Positions 17,644 to 27,689 of a stretch of 32,000 nt of DNA are shown here, piece by piece. Location of the stretch: positions 1,470,001 to 1,502,000 of the forward strand of contig NC_010628.1 of assembly GCF_000020025.1 (NCBI RefSeq), read 5' to 3'. The first letter of the stretch is position 1. Every line of letters starts with the position of its first letter. Under the pieces are notes generated by a model. That model saw only the letters and a list, made by a program, of their open reading frames with translations. It was not told the DNA's origin and did not search any database. Both the position numbers and the translations under genes were made by a program. Source of the DNA: Nostoc punctiforme PCC 73102 (GTDB lineage: Bacteria > Cyanobacteriota > Cyanobacteriia > Cyanobacteriales > Nostocaceae).

Positions 17644-17916
17644 TTCATTAATAGAGTTCAAAGACTCATTCACGAGTATCAAAGACTCATCAACGAAGCT
17701 CCGAGGTTTATCAACGGAGTTCAAAGACTCATCAACGAAGCTCTGAGGTTCATTAACGGAGTTCAAAGGCTCATTCACGAAGCTTTGAGGTTCATCAACG
17801 GAGTTCAAAGGCTCATCAACGAAGCTCTGAGGTTCATTAACGGAGTTTAAAAACTCATTCACGAGGCTCCGAGGTTCATCAACGGAGTTCAAAGGCTCAT
17901 TCACGAAGCTCCGAGG
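17644..17916. repeat. Tandem repeat, 13 units of 21 bp alternating two subtypes (42-bp super-unit)
   Basis: The alternating units are ttcatcaacggagttcaaagg and ctcatcaacgaagctctgagg. The phase is kept from 17644 to 17916. Confidence 0.9.
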
Positions 17917-17932
17917 TTCAGGGAATGTGCTA

Positions 17933-18073
17933 AATGCTCAAGCTTACTACAATCTCGGCATTGCCTTGAGAGAGCAGAAGAAATTAGATGCAGCAGTTGC
18001 CGCCTACCAAAAAACTTTAACATTACCAGAAGATAATTCTATAATCCCAGCCAGCGCTCATAACTCTTGCTAA
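17933..18073 (+). pseudogene. Remnant of a TPR-repeat gene (one TPR unit; no start codon; further frameshifted downstream)
   Basis: It translates to NAQAYYNLGIALREQKKLDAAVAAYQKTLTLPEDNS, a canonical TPR pattern. There is no ATG between the upstream in-frame stop (17828) and the fragment. A shifted frame after 18060 reads TLANNGLG. Confidence 0.5.
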
Positions 18074-18231
18074 TAATGGCTTAGGTTCTGTTTTCTTTTG
18101 GGGCTGCTACAATTCCTAATCTTGTGTCTTGGCTATTTAGTAACACTTCTAAATCAGGGCCAAAACCATAGCCATTAGGAGTGAGGATTCCAATTTATTT
18201 TTTTGAATTTTGAATTATAGTCTAGTAAAAA

Positions 18232-20361
18232 TTACCTTTCAGAAGTCCCATTTGCATAAACTTCTGTTTTTGGAATACTTACCAAGATAGTTTGCTGCGG
18301 CGAAAAACTAATCTCGTAAGTCTCGTTCCCAAGTAACACCTGGAATTTCATCGACTTCTCTTTGTCTACCCCTACTTTTACAGATTTGCTGCTCCCCAAA
18401 GAGGGGCTTCCCACAGACTGCTGTAGGCTAGAGTATTGGCTTGCTTTTGCCCCCTTATTCTCAGAGGACAATCCCACATTCGCGACATTTTCTTTTTTGT
18501 TGTCAACAGGCAACAGCGAGACATCAATCAAGGGTAGGGTAATCTTCAGTGTCGTGCCTTGATGCAGCCCCGTACTCTCAAGAGTAATGCTGCCACCCAT
18601 AAGTTCGATTAAGTTTCGTGAAATTGCGAGTCCAAGTCCAGTCCCTTCAAACTGGCGCGTGGTTGTGCCATTCACCATCACAAAGGGGCGAAATAGTTTG
18701 TGCTGTTGATTGGGATCGATGCCTATACCTGTATCTGTAACTATTACCACTACTTGAGATTTACCATTACTAGATTGAATTTCTGTAGCAATGGTGATGC
18801 TTCCTGTGTCGGTGAACTTAGTAGCGTTGCCAATAACATTAATCAGCACCTGCTTTAGTTTTGCCGCGTCTGCCTTAATTGGTATCGGTTGAGGATCTAA
18901 CTCGCATTTCAATTGCAAGCCCTTTTGTTGAACATTAACTGATTGTAAATTAATTACCTCTAGCAATATTTGTCGGAGATCGAGAGGTGTAATAACTACA
19001 GAAAGCTTACCCGCTTCGATTTTAGAAATATCGAGTAAATCATTAATAATATTTAGCAAATGAATCGTTGTTTCATTGGCACGTTTGAGGAATTCCATTT
19101 CTTCTTCACGGCTATCACATAAGCCATCTTCGACCACGCGAATGCAGTTAATAATAGTATGTAATGGGTTTCTCAATTCATGGGAAGTCGTAGCCAAAAA
19201 CTGGCTTTTAATCTGGTTAGCGTTTTTTGCTTCTTTCCAAGCTATTTCTAGTTCTTCTGCCCCAGCTTTGAGCCTTTCTACCATTTGGTCTAATGCTTGG
19301 GCTAGTTGATTGAATTCCCGAATTTGGAAATTGTGCGGAACTGGTTGTGCGGCGTGGTGAGAGTGAATATTGAGAGCGTAGTCTCGCAATTCTTCTACAG
19401 GACGTGCCAAGTAAGGAGCTAGATATAGGGATGCTAACAAACTTGCACCAATCAAACCAACTGTCAAAACAATGAGAATTAGTTTAATTTCTTCTAAACC
19501 AAAAAGTGCATTATCGACACTAGTAACAGCTAAGACTATCCATTTTTGCTGCTGCTGTTGGGTGAGTGGATTTGCAATAGCTGTATAGCCAGCGACTAAT
19601 TCGTTTCCCTCTTTAAAAGACAGATTTATCGAATCATTTCGTCCTGCAAGGGCATTTTTAATTATGCTTTTGAGTTGGGAAGCATTGGGATGTTGATTAA
19701 TATTAGTTCCCACCCAGTCTGTGAATGGATGTGCCAAAATTGTTCCATCTTCAGCAATAACTACCATCACACCTGTAAGCGATCCCGGTGGATTTCTGGT
19801 TTGTTGGTACAATGCAGACTGAATACTTAAGCTGTAAACTAAATTTTTTCGGCTATCGGAGACTGGTGCAGATAAAACTAACTGTAATTGATTTTGTGCG
19901 TTTCTTTTTCCAGTCATTCCTGCCTTTGGCGGGAAGATGGTTTTGACATCAATTCCATCACTAGGCAAAGGGAATGTCAATTTTTCAATTGCTTGGTCTC
20001 CACAGCTACTGGCAATTATTTTCTGATTTAGGAGATCCGTTAATTGGATGCAGTCAATATTGGCTGGAAGTTGTTGCTTTAGCTGTGTGAGAATTTCTTG
20101 CTCTTGTATCGGCGAACCAGACGCAATCACCGTTGTTTTACTTACACTCAGTAAACTAGCTTTTAAGATTGCGATCGCATCGCCAATTTTCTCTCCTTTA
20201 CTAATGGCGCTTTCTGTTAAATTTTGACGCGCAGTTGCCAATATGCTAGAACGTGCCTTATTCAAGGCCACAATCTCACCTATAAGTAAAACTGGAACGA
20301 ACAGCAGCAATATTCTCGTTACTAAAATTCGGCGAAAGGAAGATTGACGGGAATTAGTCAT
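18232..20361 (-). CDS. Membrane sensor histidine kinase (extracytoplasmic Cache-like sensor, HAMP, HisKA, HATPase_c, plus a C-terminal tail of about 100 aa)
   Basis: It has the H-box TSHELRNPL, the N-box NVIGNATKFT, and G-boxes DTGIGI and GTGLGLAISRNLIELMGG, with two TM helices flanking a region of about 270 aa. I chose the start at MTNSRQSS; the ORF extends to 20391. Confidence 0.9.
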   Translation of the reverse strand: MTNSRQSSFRRILVTRILLLFVPVLLIGEIVALNKARSSILATARQNLTESAISKGEKIGDAIAILKASLLSVSKTTVIASGSPIQEQEILTQLKQQLPANIDCIQLTDLLNQKIIASSCGDQAIEKLTFPLPSDGIDVKTIFPPKAGMTGKRNAQNQLQLVLSAPVSDSRKNLVYSLSIQSALYQQTRNPPGSLTGVMVVIAEDGTILAHPFTDWVGTNINQHPNASQLKSIIKNALAGRNDSINLSFKEGNELVAGYTAIANPLTQQQQQKWIVLAVTSVDNALFGLEEIKLILIVLTVGLIGASLLASLYLAPYLARPVEELRDYALNIHSHHAAQPVPHNFQIREFNQLAQALDQMVERLKAGAEELEIAWKEAKNANQIKSQFLATTSHELRNPLHTIINCIRVVEDGLCDSREEEMEFLKRANETTIHLLNIINDLLDISKIEAGKLSVVITPLDLRQILLEVINLQSVNVQQKGLQLKCELDPQPIPIKADAAKLKQVLINVIGNATKFTDTGSITIATEIQSSNGKSQVVVIVTDTGIGIDPNQQHKLFRPFVMVNGTTTRQFEGTGLGLAISRNLIELMGGSITLESTGLHQGTTLKITLPLIDVSLLPVDNKKENVANVGLSSENKGAKASQYSSLQQSVGSPSLGSSKSVKVGVDKEKSMKFQVLLGNETYEISFSPQQTILVSIPKTEVYANGTSER

Positions 20362-20656
20362 CGAGTGTCTCACTTTGCATCTGCAAACCACAACAGCAAA
20401 GATATGTAATTAGACTGGCTAGATGAGACATTTTATTAAATTATCAGAATTTTATTTTCAATGTTTAAAAATAACAAATTGCTATCTTTCAAAAAGAAAC
20501 GTGGTATACCAAAACTCATATATGCTAAATGTAAAAGTGATTTGTGTTGCATATAAATACAGTGGTAAAATTGTAAATAAATAACTTGCAGGCATGGATT
20601 TTTTTTGAGAATCTACATACAAACAAAGAAAATATTCCAACTATCAAATCAATTTA

Positions 20657-21400
20657 ATGTTGCAACATCGTCCTCATACTACAGTTGTTTTAGCAATGAG
20701 TGCAGATGGCAAGATAGCAGATTTTAGGCGATCGCCTGCTCGCTTTGGCTCAAGGGTTGATAAAGCACATCTAGAAAAACAAATCGCTGCCTCTGATGCG
20801 GTTTTATTCGGTGCTGGTACTCTCCGGGCTTATGGAACGACACTTACTGTATCAGATCCAACTCTAGTGCGACTTCGGGCACAAGAAGGGAAGCCTCCGC
20901 AGCCAGTTCATATAGTGACTACACACTCTGGAAACCTCAATCCGGAAATTAACTTTTTTAAGCAACCAGTTAGACGCTGGCTACTCACGACAGCACTGGG
21001 AAAACTTTCATGGAAAGGACGTTGTTTACAGACGCTTCCTTCAACTCTGGGAACCGGAACACAAGAGTGTCCTCCAGAATTTGAGCAGATTCTGGTTTTT
21101 GAAACACCAACGCGAGAAATTGACATTCCCGCAGCTTTGAAGCATCTAGCCAATATAGATATAACACGGTTGGTGGTCTTGGGTGGAGGTGAATTAGTCG
21201 CTTCCCTGCTGGGTCTAGATTTAATTGATGAATTATGGCTAACTGTCTGTCCCCTGATTTTAGGTGGTAGTACTGCCCCCACACCTGTAGAAGGGAAAGG
21301 TTTTTTACCCGATTTAGCTCCCAAGTTGCAACTTTTAGAAGTTCATACTGTTGAGCAAGAAGTGTTTTTGCACTATCGCCTGCAACAACCAGCAGATTAG
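20657..21400 (+). CDS. RibD C-terminal-domain / dihydrofolate-reductase-like family reductase
   Basis: 247 aa with RPHTTVVLAMSADGKIAD...DAVLFGAGTLRAYG...VLGGGELVASLL...DELWLTVCPLILGG, which is typical of the RibD_C fold. Confidence 0.7.
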   Translation: MLQHRPHTTVVLAMSADGKIADFRRSPARFGSRVDKAHLEKQIAASDAVLFGAGTLRAYGTTLTVSDPTLVRLRAQEGKPPQPVHIVTTHSGNLNPEINFFKQPVRRWLLTTALGKLSWKGRCLQTLPSTLGTGTQECPPEFEQILVFETPTREIDIPAALKHLANIDITRLVVLGGGELVASLLGLDLIDELWLTVCPLILGGSTAPTPVEGKGFLPDLAPKLQLLEVHTVEQEVFLHYRLQQPAD

Positions 21401-21499
21401 ATTACGCTAAGTTAAGTTATTGGATATTGGGAATTGGGCATAAGTTATTTTCCTTGCCTCCCCTGCCCCCTGCCTCTTACTCATCCCTACTCCTCTAAG

Positions 21500-22681
21500 A
21501 TGGTAGAAAAACTTAAGCCTCGCTATTCTGTCGTTTGGACAAACAAAATCGCTGAAGTACCCCAAAATGCCTGGAATGCTTTAGCAATGCCACTCAAAAC
21601 GCCATTTTTAGAATGGGAGTGGCTAAATAATCTCGAAACCTCCCAAAGTGCTACGGCTAAAACTGGTTGGTTGCCAAATCATTTAACATTGTGGCGAGAT
21701 CGAACGCTGATTGCGGCTGCACCACTTTATCTCAAAGGACATAGTTCTGGTGAATTTGTATTCGATCACCAATGGGCAGAGTTAGCCGATCGCATCGGAG
21801 TTCAATATTACCCAAAATTGCTGGGAATGACACCATTTACCCCAGCTGAAGGTTATCGCTTTTTAATCGCCCCAGGAGAAGACGAAGACGAAATCACCGC
21901 GATGATGGTGCATGAAATTGACACTTTCTGTTCCAAAAATCGGATTTCTGGATGTCATTTTCTCTATGTCGATCCCCAATGGCGGCCGATGCTGGAACGG
22001 CATGGCTTTACAACTTGGCTGCACCACAGCTACGTCTGGGAAAATGCTGGCTTTAAAACTTTTGATGACTACTTGAAAGTGTTTAACGCCAATCAACGCC
22101 GCAATATCAAGCGGGAACGTAAAGCTGTAGAAAAAGCTGGTTTAAGATTGCAACCTCTGAGTGGTGATGAAATTCCCTACTCTTTATTTCCTTCGATGTA
22201 CCAGTTCTATGCTGACACCTGTGATAAATTTGGCTGGTGGGGTAGCAAGTATCTCACACAGCGGTTTTTTGAGCAGCTACACAATGATTATCGCCATCGA
22301 GTTTTGTTTGTCGCTGCATATAGCGAAGAAGATAACTCTCATCCTTTAGGAATGTCTTTTTGTTTGTTTAAAGGTGACAAACTCTATGGACGCTATTGGG
22401 GGAGTTTTCAAGAAATAGATTGCTTACATTTTGATGCTTGCTATTATGCGCCCATTGAGTGGGCGATCGCAAACGGAATCCAAATTTTTGACCCTGGTGC
22501 AGGTGGTCGCCACAAAAAACGCCGTGGTTTCCCCGCTATGCCCAATCACAGTCTGCACCGCTTTTACAACAATCGTTTAGGGCAAATTATCCGTCCCTAT
22601 ATTAAGGAAGTGAATCAACTTGAACAGCAGGAGATTGAGGCGATTAATGCAGAGTTGCCATTTAGTAACCGAGATTCTTAA
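21500..22681 (+). CDS. FemAB-like / GNAT-fold protein of the former DUF482 family
   Basis: It has PFLEWEWLNNLE...GWLPNHL...APLYLKGHSSGEFVFDHQWA...YYPKLLGMTPFTPAEGYR. I chose the start at MVEKLKP, because the ORF upstream of 21500 is made of C-rich repeat sequence. Confidence 0.7.
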   Translation: MVEKLKPRYSVVWTNKIAEVPQNAWNALAMPLKTPFLEWEWLNNLETSQSATAKTGWLPNHLTLWRDRTLIAAAPLYLKGHSSGEFVFDHQWAELADRIGVQYYPKLLGMTPFTPAEGYRFLIAPGEDEDEITAMMVHEIDTFCSKNRISGCHFLYVDPQWRPMLERHGFTTWLHHSYVWENAGFKTFDDYLKVFNANQRRNIKRERKAVEKAGLRLQPLSGDEIPYSLFPSMYQFYADTCDKFGWWGSKYLTQRFFEQLHNDYRHRVLFVAAYSEEDNSHPLGMSFCLFKGDKLYGRYWGSFQEIDCLHFDACYYAPIEWAIANGIQIFDPGAGGRHKKRRGFPAMPNHSLHRFYNNRLGQIIRPYIKEVNQLEQQEIEAINAELPFSNRDS

Positions 22682-22766
22682 AAGTTTGCCAAGGCAGAGG
22701 GTGAACGACGAATTACACTTATATATATAGTGTAAAAACCCTGAAAAAAGAAAATTCCTTTTGCTA

Positions 22767-23156
22767 ATGCTTATGGATTTAATACTTGAAGATTTAGCCG
22801 CAATTGATGATAAACTTTCCCAGCGTCATATCGATCTCGATCCCGGTGGATATTTTATTATTTACTTGGATCGAGACGCAGGGTTAATTTATGCCAAGCA
22901 TTTCACAAACGTAATTGATGAGCGTGGTTTAGCTATCGATCCCGAAACGGGGAAGGTAATTCCGGCGCGAAAAAAGGTAGAACGAACTTACACAACGGTT
23001 TTTAGTGCGAGGACGGCGAAAGAACTTTGCGTGAAGATTTTTGAAGAAACTCAGCCCCCGCCTGTAACTCAATTAAATCATGCGGCTTATTTGGGTCGAG
23101 AATTTGTTCGGGCTGAGGTAGCTTTAGTAAAAGGGCAAGAGTATGTTCAGGATTAG
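22767..23156 (+). CDS. Conserved hypothetical protein (possibly DUF4346-like)
   Basis: ORF of about 129 aa containing LDPGGYFIIYLDRDAGLIYAKHF. The family assignment is from memory only. Confidence 0.5.
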   Translation: MLMDLILEDLAAIDDKLSQRHIDLDPGGYFIIYLDRDAGLIYAKHFTNVIDERGLAIDPETGKVIPARKKVERTYTTVFSARTAKELCVKIFEETQPPPVTQLNHAAYLGREFVRAEVALVKGQEYVQD

Positions 23157-23159
23157 GCC

Positions 23160-23215
23160 AATTTTAGATTTTGAATTGAAGGAAAAATCTAAAATCTAAA
23201 ATCTAAAATTGAATG
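23160..23215. repeat. STRR heptamer array (AATCTAA x3) with an inverted partner
   Basis: The sequence is aattttagattttgaattgaaggaaaaatctaaaatctaaaatctaaaattgaatg. Related copies occur at 9495-9535. Confidence 0.8.
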
Positions 23216-23231
23216 ATTCCTGATTATCCAA

Positions 23232-23969
23232 TTACCCATCAGATGACGGCTGATTTATCTGATAAATGTAGTAAGTCGCCATTGGGATCACGGTGGCGGC
23301 AATTAACAACCCTACTACCCAAGCGGTAGCGTTACCTTGGTTGGTTTCTTCTGCTTTCTTGTAGGTGCCTTCTACCTGCACATTGTCAGTAATTTGGGGT
23401 GGCCCTGGATCGGCTTTACCAGAGAGGACGGCAACAAGGCGATCGCTAGCATCTAGAAATGCCTGATTGTATTTGTTACCATTGCGTAACGGCACACTTA
23501 CTGTTTCGGTAGCTACACTCTCGGCAATAGCGTCAGTGAGTAAAGGTTTAACTTCATCCCCAGTAATAATGGAAGTACCATTGGTAACTGTGTCAATAAC
23601 CAATAAAGTTTGATTAGCTTGAGCTTCTTTTGTCGGAAACCATTTTTCAAACAACTCTTTGGTAAAGCTTTCTGGTGTTTCGCCGTAGTCAAGGCGGCGA
23701 ACAGTTACAATTCTGACTTCCTTATTTGTTTGCTTTGCCAAATCCTCGAAAGCGCTGCTAATTTTACCTTCATTCAGACGGCTGATGACTTCACCTTGAT
23801 CCAAAACCCAGGTGTCATTGCCTGCTGTGAGGCTGGGTAATTGATACACACCTGTGGCCAAAGCAGGTGCGGCAAACAGCGAGGTTGTTAAAATAACCGT
23901 CACCAATGTTAAAACCAGTCGGATGAGGTGTTTTTGACTACTAAATATTTGTTTGAGGAGCTGTTTCAT
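23232..23969 (-). CDS. psb32: TPM-domain thylakoid-lumen protein, Psb32/TLP18.3-like
   Basis: It has a signal peptide ending AAPALA-TG, a TPM-like core (VLDQGEVISRLNEGKISSAFEDLAKQTNKEVRIVTVRRL) and a C-terminal TM helix (WVVGLLIAATVIPMATYYIY). Confidence 0.65.
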   Translation of the reverse strand: MKQLLKQIFSSQKHLIRLVLTLVTVILTTSLFAAPALATGVYQLPSLTAGNDTWVLDQGEVISRLNEGKISSAFEDLAKQTNKEVRIVTVRRLDYGETPESFTKELFEKWFPTKEAQANQTLLVIDTVTNGTSIITGDEVKPLLTDAIAESVATETVSVPLRNGNKYNQAFLDASDRLVAVLSGKADPGPPQITDNVQVEGTYKKAEETNQGNATAWVVGLLIAATVIPMATYYIYQINQPSSDG

Positions 23970-24345
23970 CGTGTGATCCCTAAGACAGACTTGCACCAAA
24001 AATACTACAGAACGACTGCAAAAATCACCTCGTTCGCGGTTTTCTCCGGGATCAAGTTTTTGCTACTGCCAGCAGATATATATTTTACGGGATTTTTTGA
24101 TTGCACAAACTTGTGATGAGCGCGGTTGCAAGCATAAAATTGACAAGAAATACCGCCCATTTTGGGAATTAACCCAAATGCTTTGGGCGGAATTTGCAAA
24201 CCATCTAGAAATGATATCGTATAATTAATCTTTTTGGCAGAAACAAGTATAAGTTTTCATATATGCAAGTTGCTGTCCTGCTGTACCCTTTTATGGGTTA
24301 TATAGTGCTTCTCAGTTGAGTGCAATACAGAACTAACCCCCAGTC

Positions 24346-24554
24346 CCCATTGGTGTCAACTTAATAAGATAAAGCCCAAATTTGTTGGGTGTAAGCGTCA
24401 ATCTCTCGATGGCGCTTACGCCTGGATTTGACTAATCCAAAGAGCTTTTGATGTTCCACAAGATAAGGAACAGCCTCACTGGCATCACCACGGAGAACAG
24501 CTTGGGAGAAATTACATCTTTTGGTTACTTTTTGCTTAAGTTGACACCAATGGG
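24346..24554. mobile_element. 209-bp element bounded by 19-bp terminal inverted repeats (CCCATTGGTGTCAACTTAA), MITE-like
   Basis: 24346-24364 is the exact reverse complement of 24536-24554. The element sits inside a copy of the dispersed repeat also seen at 136-212. Confidence 0.6.
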
Positions 24555-24577
24555 TGGGGTATTGCCCCTACAGAAAG

Positions 24578-26413
24578 TTACTCAATCTTCAAGTTGAAAG
24601 GCAAACGGGCATAAACTCCCTGTGGATCGTTCATTTTTTGCAGAATCTTTACTTCCTGTTGCAGTTTCTGAAATTCAGTAGTCAAGGGATTGGATGGTTT
24701 GAGTTGCGCCGCTTCAATTCCTAAAGCAGTCCGTGCCTCTTCAGTTGCACGCCCAAAAAAGCGTTCTCCGAAGCTGCTAGTACGAGGATATTCTTGGACT
24801 TCCCAATCTTCTCCTAGTTTCGCCTCTTTGACAGCATAAGCGATCGCACTATTCAAACCACCAATTTCATCCACTAAACCAATTTCCTTCGCCGCCACAC
24901 CAGACCAAACCCTTCCTTGGGCAATTTCTGCAACTTTTTGTTCTGGGAGTTTCCGACCTTGAGAAACTTTATTCAGAAACATATTATAAATACGGTTAAC
25001 ACTACGTTGATAAAGTGCCAACTCTTGAGGCGATTTTGGACGCGAAACTGTTTGACTATCAGCATAGGTTCCAGTTTTCACCGAATCCCAGGTGATGCCG
25101 TTATCACTCGCTAGCTTTTCACCATTGAACAGCAACCCAAATACACCTATTGAACCTGTAATGGTATTTGGTTCAGCAAAAATGCGATTAGAATCGCTAG
25201 CAATCCAATAACCCCCAGAGGCGGCTACATCACCCATTGACACTACAACCGGTTTTACCTCACGGGTTAATTTCACTTCTCGCTGCATCACTTCGGCTGC
25301 GGTAGCGCTACCACCAGGACTATTAATCCGCAATACAACAGCCTTCACATCCTTATCTTGTCGGAGTTTGTTAAAGATTTTGGCAAAGCGATCGCCTCCT
25401 ACTTGTCCACCATCACCTTTACCATCGACAATCTCACCCTCAGCATAAACAACGGCAATTTGATTTTTTGAGCTACGTTCTACACCCAAAGATTTGCCAG
25501 AAACTTCTGCGTAGTTATTTAGGTTAATTTGTCGGAATGTTTTGTCGTCTTTATCGCTATTTGTCAACTTTTTGAGGTCACTTACCACTTCATCAGGGTA
25601 TGCTACTCGATCGACTAAACCGCTAGTCTTGGCTTGTGTGGCTTCTAGTACCGCCTGACTATCTGCGATCGCTTGCAACTGGTTAGGTTCAATTTTCCGA
25701 CTTGCACCTACAGTAGTGCGCCACTCTCCCCAAACATCATCTAACAATTTCTGAGTTTGCTCGCGGTTTTCTGGACTCAATTTTTTGAGAATAAACGGTT
25801 CTACAGCACCTTTGAATTTACCCACCCGCACGACTTGCACACCAATGCCGTACTTCTGTAATGCACCCGCTAAGAACATCGGTTGTGAACTCAAACCGTT
25901 GACTTCCATCATTCCCAAAGGATTAAGTACAATGGAATCTGCCACTGAACTAAGGTAATATTCCTTTTCACTCCAATCACTGCCATAAGCCACAATCTTT
26001 TTCCCAGAAGCGCGAAACTCCTCCAGCGCTTTTCGAATTTCTTTAAGGGAGGCATAGCCGACGTTACCAGCTTGACTAGCGCTAGTTGAATCGAGGTAGA
26101 TCCCAACAATTCGCGGATCGCGTCGTGCTTTTTCCAAAGTTTCTACAACTTTGCGGAGTGCCATTCTTTCGTCATCCACACCTGATATTGTGTTTTGAAA
26201 CAGTTCGTCAGAACTAGGTTCGCTATCAGTAATTTTCATTGACAAGTCAAAAACCAACACTGACTTATCTTTGACATTTGGCCCTGTATCTTTAGACGAG
26301 CTAGCAGCGAATATTAGCAACAATAATCCAGTGGTTCCTAGACCACCAAAAATAATTAGTCCTAATAATGTGCCAACTAAACTAGCAAAAGTTTGTTTGA
26401 TAAAATTACGCAT
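24578..26413 (-). CDS. sppA: Signal peptide peptidase SppA, 67K type (protease IV)
   Basis: 611 aa with an N-terminal TM helix and two ClpP/crotonase-like halves. It has NSPGGSATAAE and GDVAASGGYWIA motifs. Confidence 0.9.
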   Translation of the reverse strand: MRNFIKQTFASLVGTLLGLIIFGGLGTTGLLLLIFAASSSKDTGPNVKDKSVLVFDLSMKITDSEPSSDELFQNTISGVDDERMALRKVVETLEKARRDPRIVGIYLDSTSASQAGNVGYASLKEIRKALEEFRASGKKIVAYGSDWSEKEYYLSSVADSIVLNPLGMMEVNGLSSQPMFLAGALQKYGIGVQVVRVGKFKGAVEPFILKKLSPENREQTQKLLDDVWGEWRTTVGASRKIEPNQLQAIADSQAVLEATQAKTSGLVDRVAYPDEVVSDLKKLTNSDKDDKTFRQINLNNYAEVSGKSLGVERSSKNQIAVVYAEGEIVDGKGDGGQVGGDRFAKIFNKLRQDKDVKAVVLRINSPGGSATAAEVMQREVKLTREVKPVVVSMGDVAASGGYWIASDSNRIFAEPNTITGSIGVFGLLFNGEKLASDNGITWDSVKTGTYADSQTVSRPKSPQELALYQRSVNRIYNMFLNKVSQGRKLPEQKVAEIAQGRVWSGVAAKEIGLVDEIGGLNSAIAYAVKEAKLGEDWEVQEYPRTSSFGERFFGRATEEARTALGIEAAQLKPSNPLTTEFQKLQQEVKILQKMNDPQGVYARLPFNLKIE

Positions 26414-26486
26414 TAGTTATTGGGAATTGGGAATTGGGCATGGGGCATTGATAAAGGACAAATGGCTAATGAATGACCTACTTAAT

Positions 26487-27536
26487 TTATTCTATGCGCT
26501 GTAAACTGCCAGAGTGCTTTAACTGATACAAGGTAGCGTTGCCAGTGCAGAATAAGACTGTGGTGATTTCGGCGATTAATACTTCAGCAAGTTCCGCAAC
26601 TGCTGTTTCTGATATTGCTGCTGCTTGCAAAAAAGGCATTGCTAAACCAGCTATATCTGCTCCCAAGGCGATAGCGGCTGCAACATCCAGTCCATGACGC
26701 AAACCTCCTGAAGCAATTAAGGGCACATCAGGAGCGATCGCTCTAATAGTTGTAATGCACTCTGCCGTCGGTAAACCCCAATCGGCAAAAGTCTTCCCTA
26801 ATCGACGTTGTAAGGGATTTTCTGCCCGTTCACTTTCTACCTTTGCCCAAGAAGTACCCCCTGCACCAGCGACATCAATTGCTGCTACTCCGGCGGCAAT
26901 GAGTTTGTTAGCGATCGCTGCTGAAATGCCGTTACCAACTTCCTTTGCAATCACTGGCACTGGCAATTTAAAACATAATGTAGAAATCTTGTCAATCAAA
27001 CCCCGGAAATTAGTATCACCTTTGGGTTGAATGCACTCTTGTAGAGGGTTAATATGTAAAATCAGGGCATCAGCCTCTAGGATATCAACTACCCGCAGAC
27101 ATTCATCTAAGCCGTATTTATAGTTAAGTTGCACAGCTCCCAGATTCGCAAATAGCAGAACATCGGGCGCATATTTGCGGACAGCAAAAGTATCAGCCAC
27201 CTGGGGTTTTTCTACCGCTACTCGCTGGGAACCAACACCCATTGCAATTTTGTAATGTTGCGCGACTTGGGCCAAACGTTGATTAAGAATTGCGGCTTGT
27301 TCTGTTCCACCAGTCATGGAAGAAATTAACAAGGGTGCGCCAAGGTGTTTCCCCAGGAAAGCTGTACTGATATCAATATCGTCATGGTTCAGTTCGGGTA
27401 AGCAAGAATGGGTGAAACGATAACGTTCCAGTCCATTCGTGATTTGATGAGACTGAACATCTTCCTCTAAACAGATCCGAATGTGATCGGCTTTGCGATT
27501 CTGAGTTTGTGCAGAGATGTTGGTAGGGGCGTTCAC
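26487..27536 (-). CDS. fni: Type 2 (FMN-dependent) isopentenyl-diphosphate delta-isomerase
   Basis: 349 aa with [28 protein letters not shown] and [16 protein letters not shown], in a TIM-barrel pattern typical of IDI-2. Confidence 0.9.
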   Translation of the reverse strand: MNAPTNISAQTQNRKADHIRICLEEDVQSHQITNGLERYRFTHSCLPELNHDDIDISTAFLGKHLGAPLLISSMTGGTEQAAILNQRLAQVAQHYKIAMGVGSQRVAVEKPQVADTFAVRKYAPDVLLFANLGAVQLNYKYGLDECLRVVDILEADALILHINPLQECIQPKGDTNFRGLIDKISTLCFKLPVPVIAKEVGNGISAAIANKLIAAGVAAIDVAGAGGTSWAKVESERAENPLQRRLGKTFADWGLPTAECITTIRAIAPDVPLIASGGLRHGLDVAAAIALGADIAGLAMPFLQAAAISETAVAELAEVLIAEITTVLFCTGNATLYQLKHSGSLQRIE

Positions 27537-27689
27537 TAGTGGGTATGGCTAAAAGTATTGGCTTGCGATCGCTATTGTTACATTGTCTGCAACCGTATTT
27601 TTATAACAAAAATATTTATTTTCCCTATCTTTAGGGTACGTTACGCTATTGATAACATATCCATTCCCTCATTTTATGAGTTAATTTAT

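Noticed and set aside
17368-17904. 178-aa minus-strand ORF (NEPLNSVDEPQSFV repeats) and the 76-aa plus ORF over the 21-bp array
   Set aside because: Multiple frames are open because of the repeat. The minus ORF runs on through a dispersed palindromic repeat and overlaps the oxidoreductase 3' end. It stays unconfirmed and is reported only as a repeat.
17909-17932. LRGSGN peptide at the end of the 21-bp array, resembling the PatS/HetN RGSGR morphogen pentapeptide
   Set aside because: The final Arg is missing (RGSGN), there is no start codon in that frame after the stop at 17828, and the RGS residues are a by-product of the repeat unit (ccgaggttca).
17933-17944. The 12-mer aatgctcaagct is shared between the TPR remnant and every unit of the 4413-4736 array
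   Set aside because: The similarity does not extend beyond 12 nt and the periods differ (34-aa TPR versus 14-aa unit). It is probably coincidental and too weak to claim common origin.
24005-24199. 64-aa minus-strand ORF just upstream of the Psb32-like gene
   Set aside because: It is short, has no recognisable motif or convincing ribosome-binding context, and lies in repeat-rich intergenic DNA. It cannot be supported from sequence alone.
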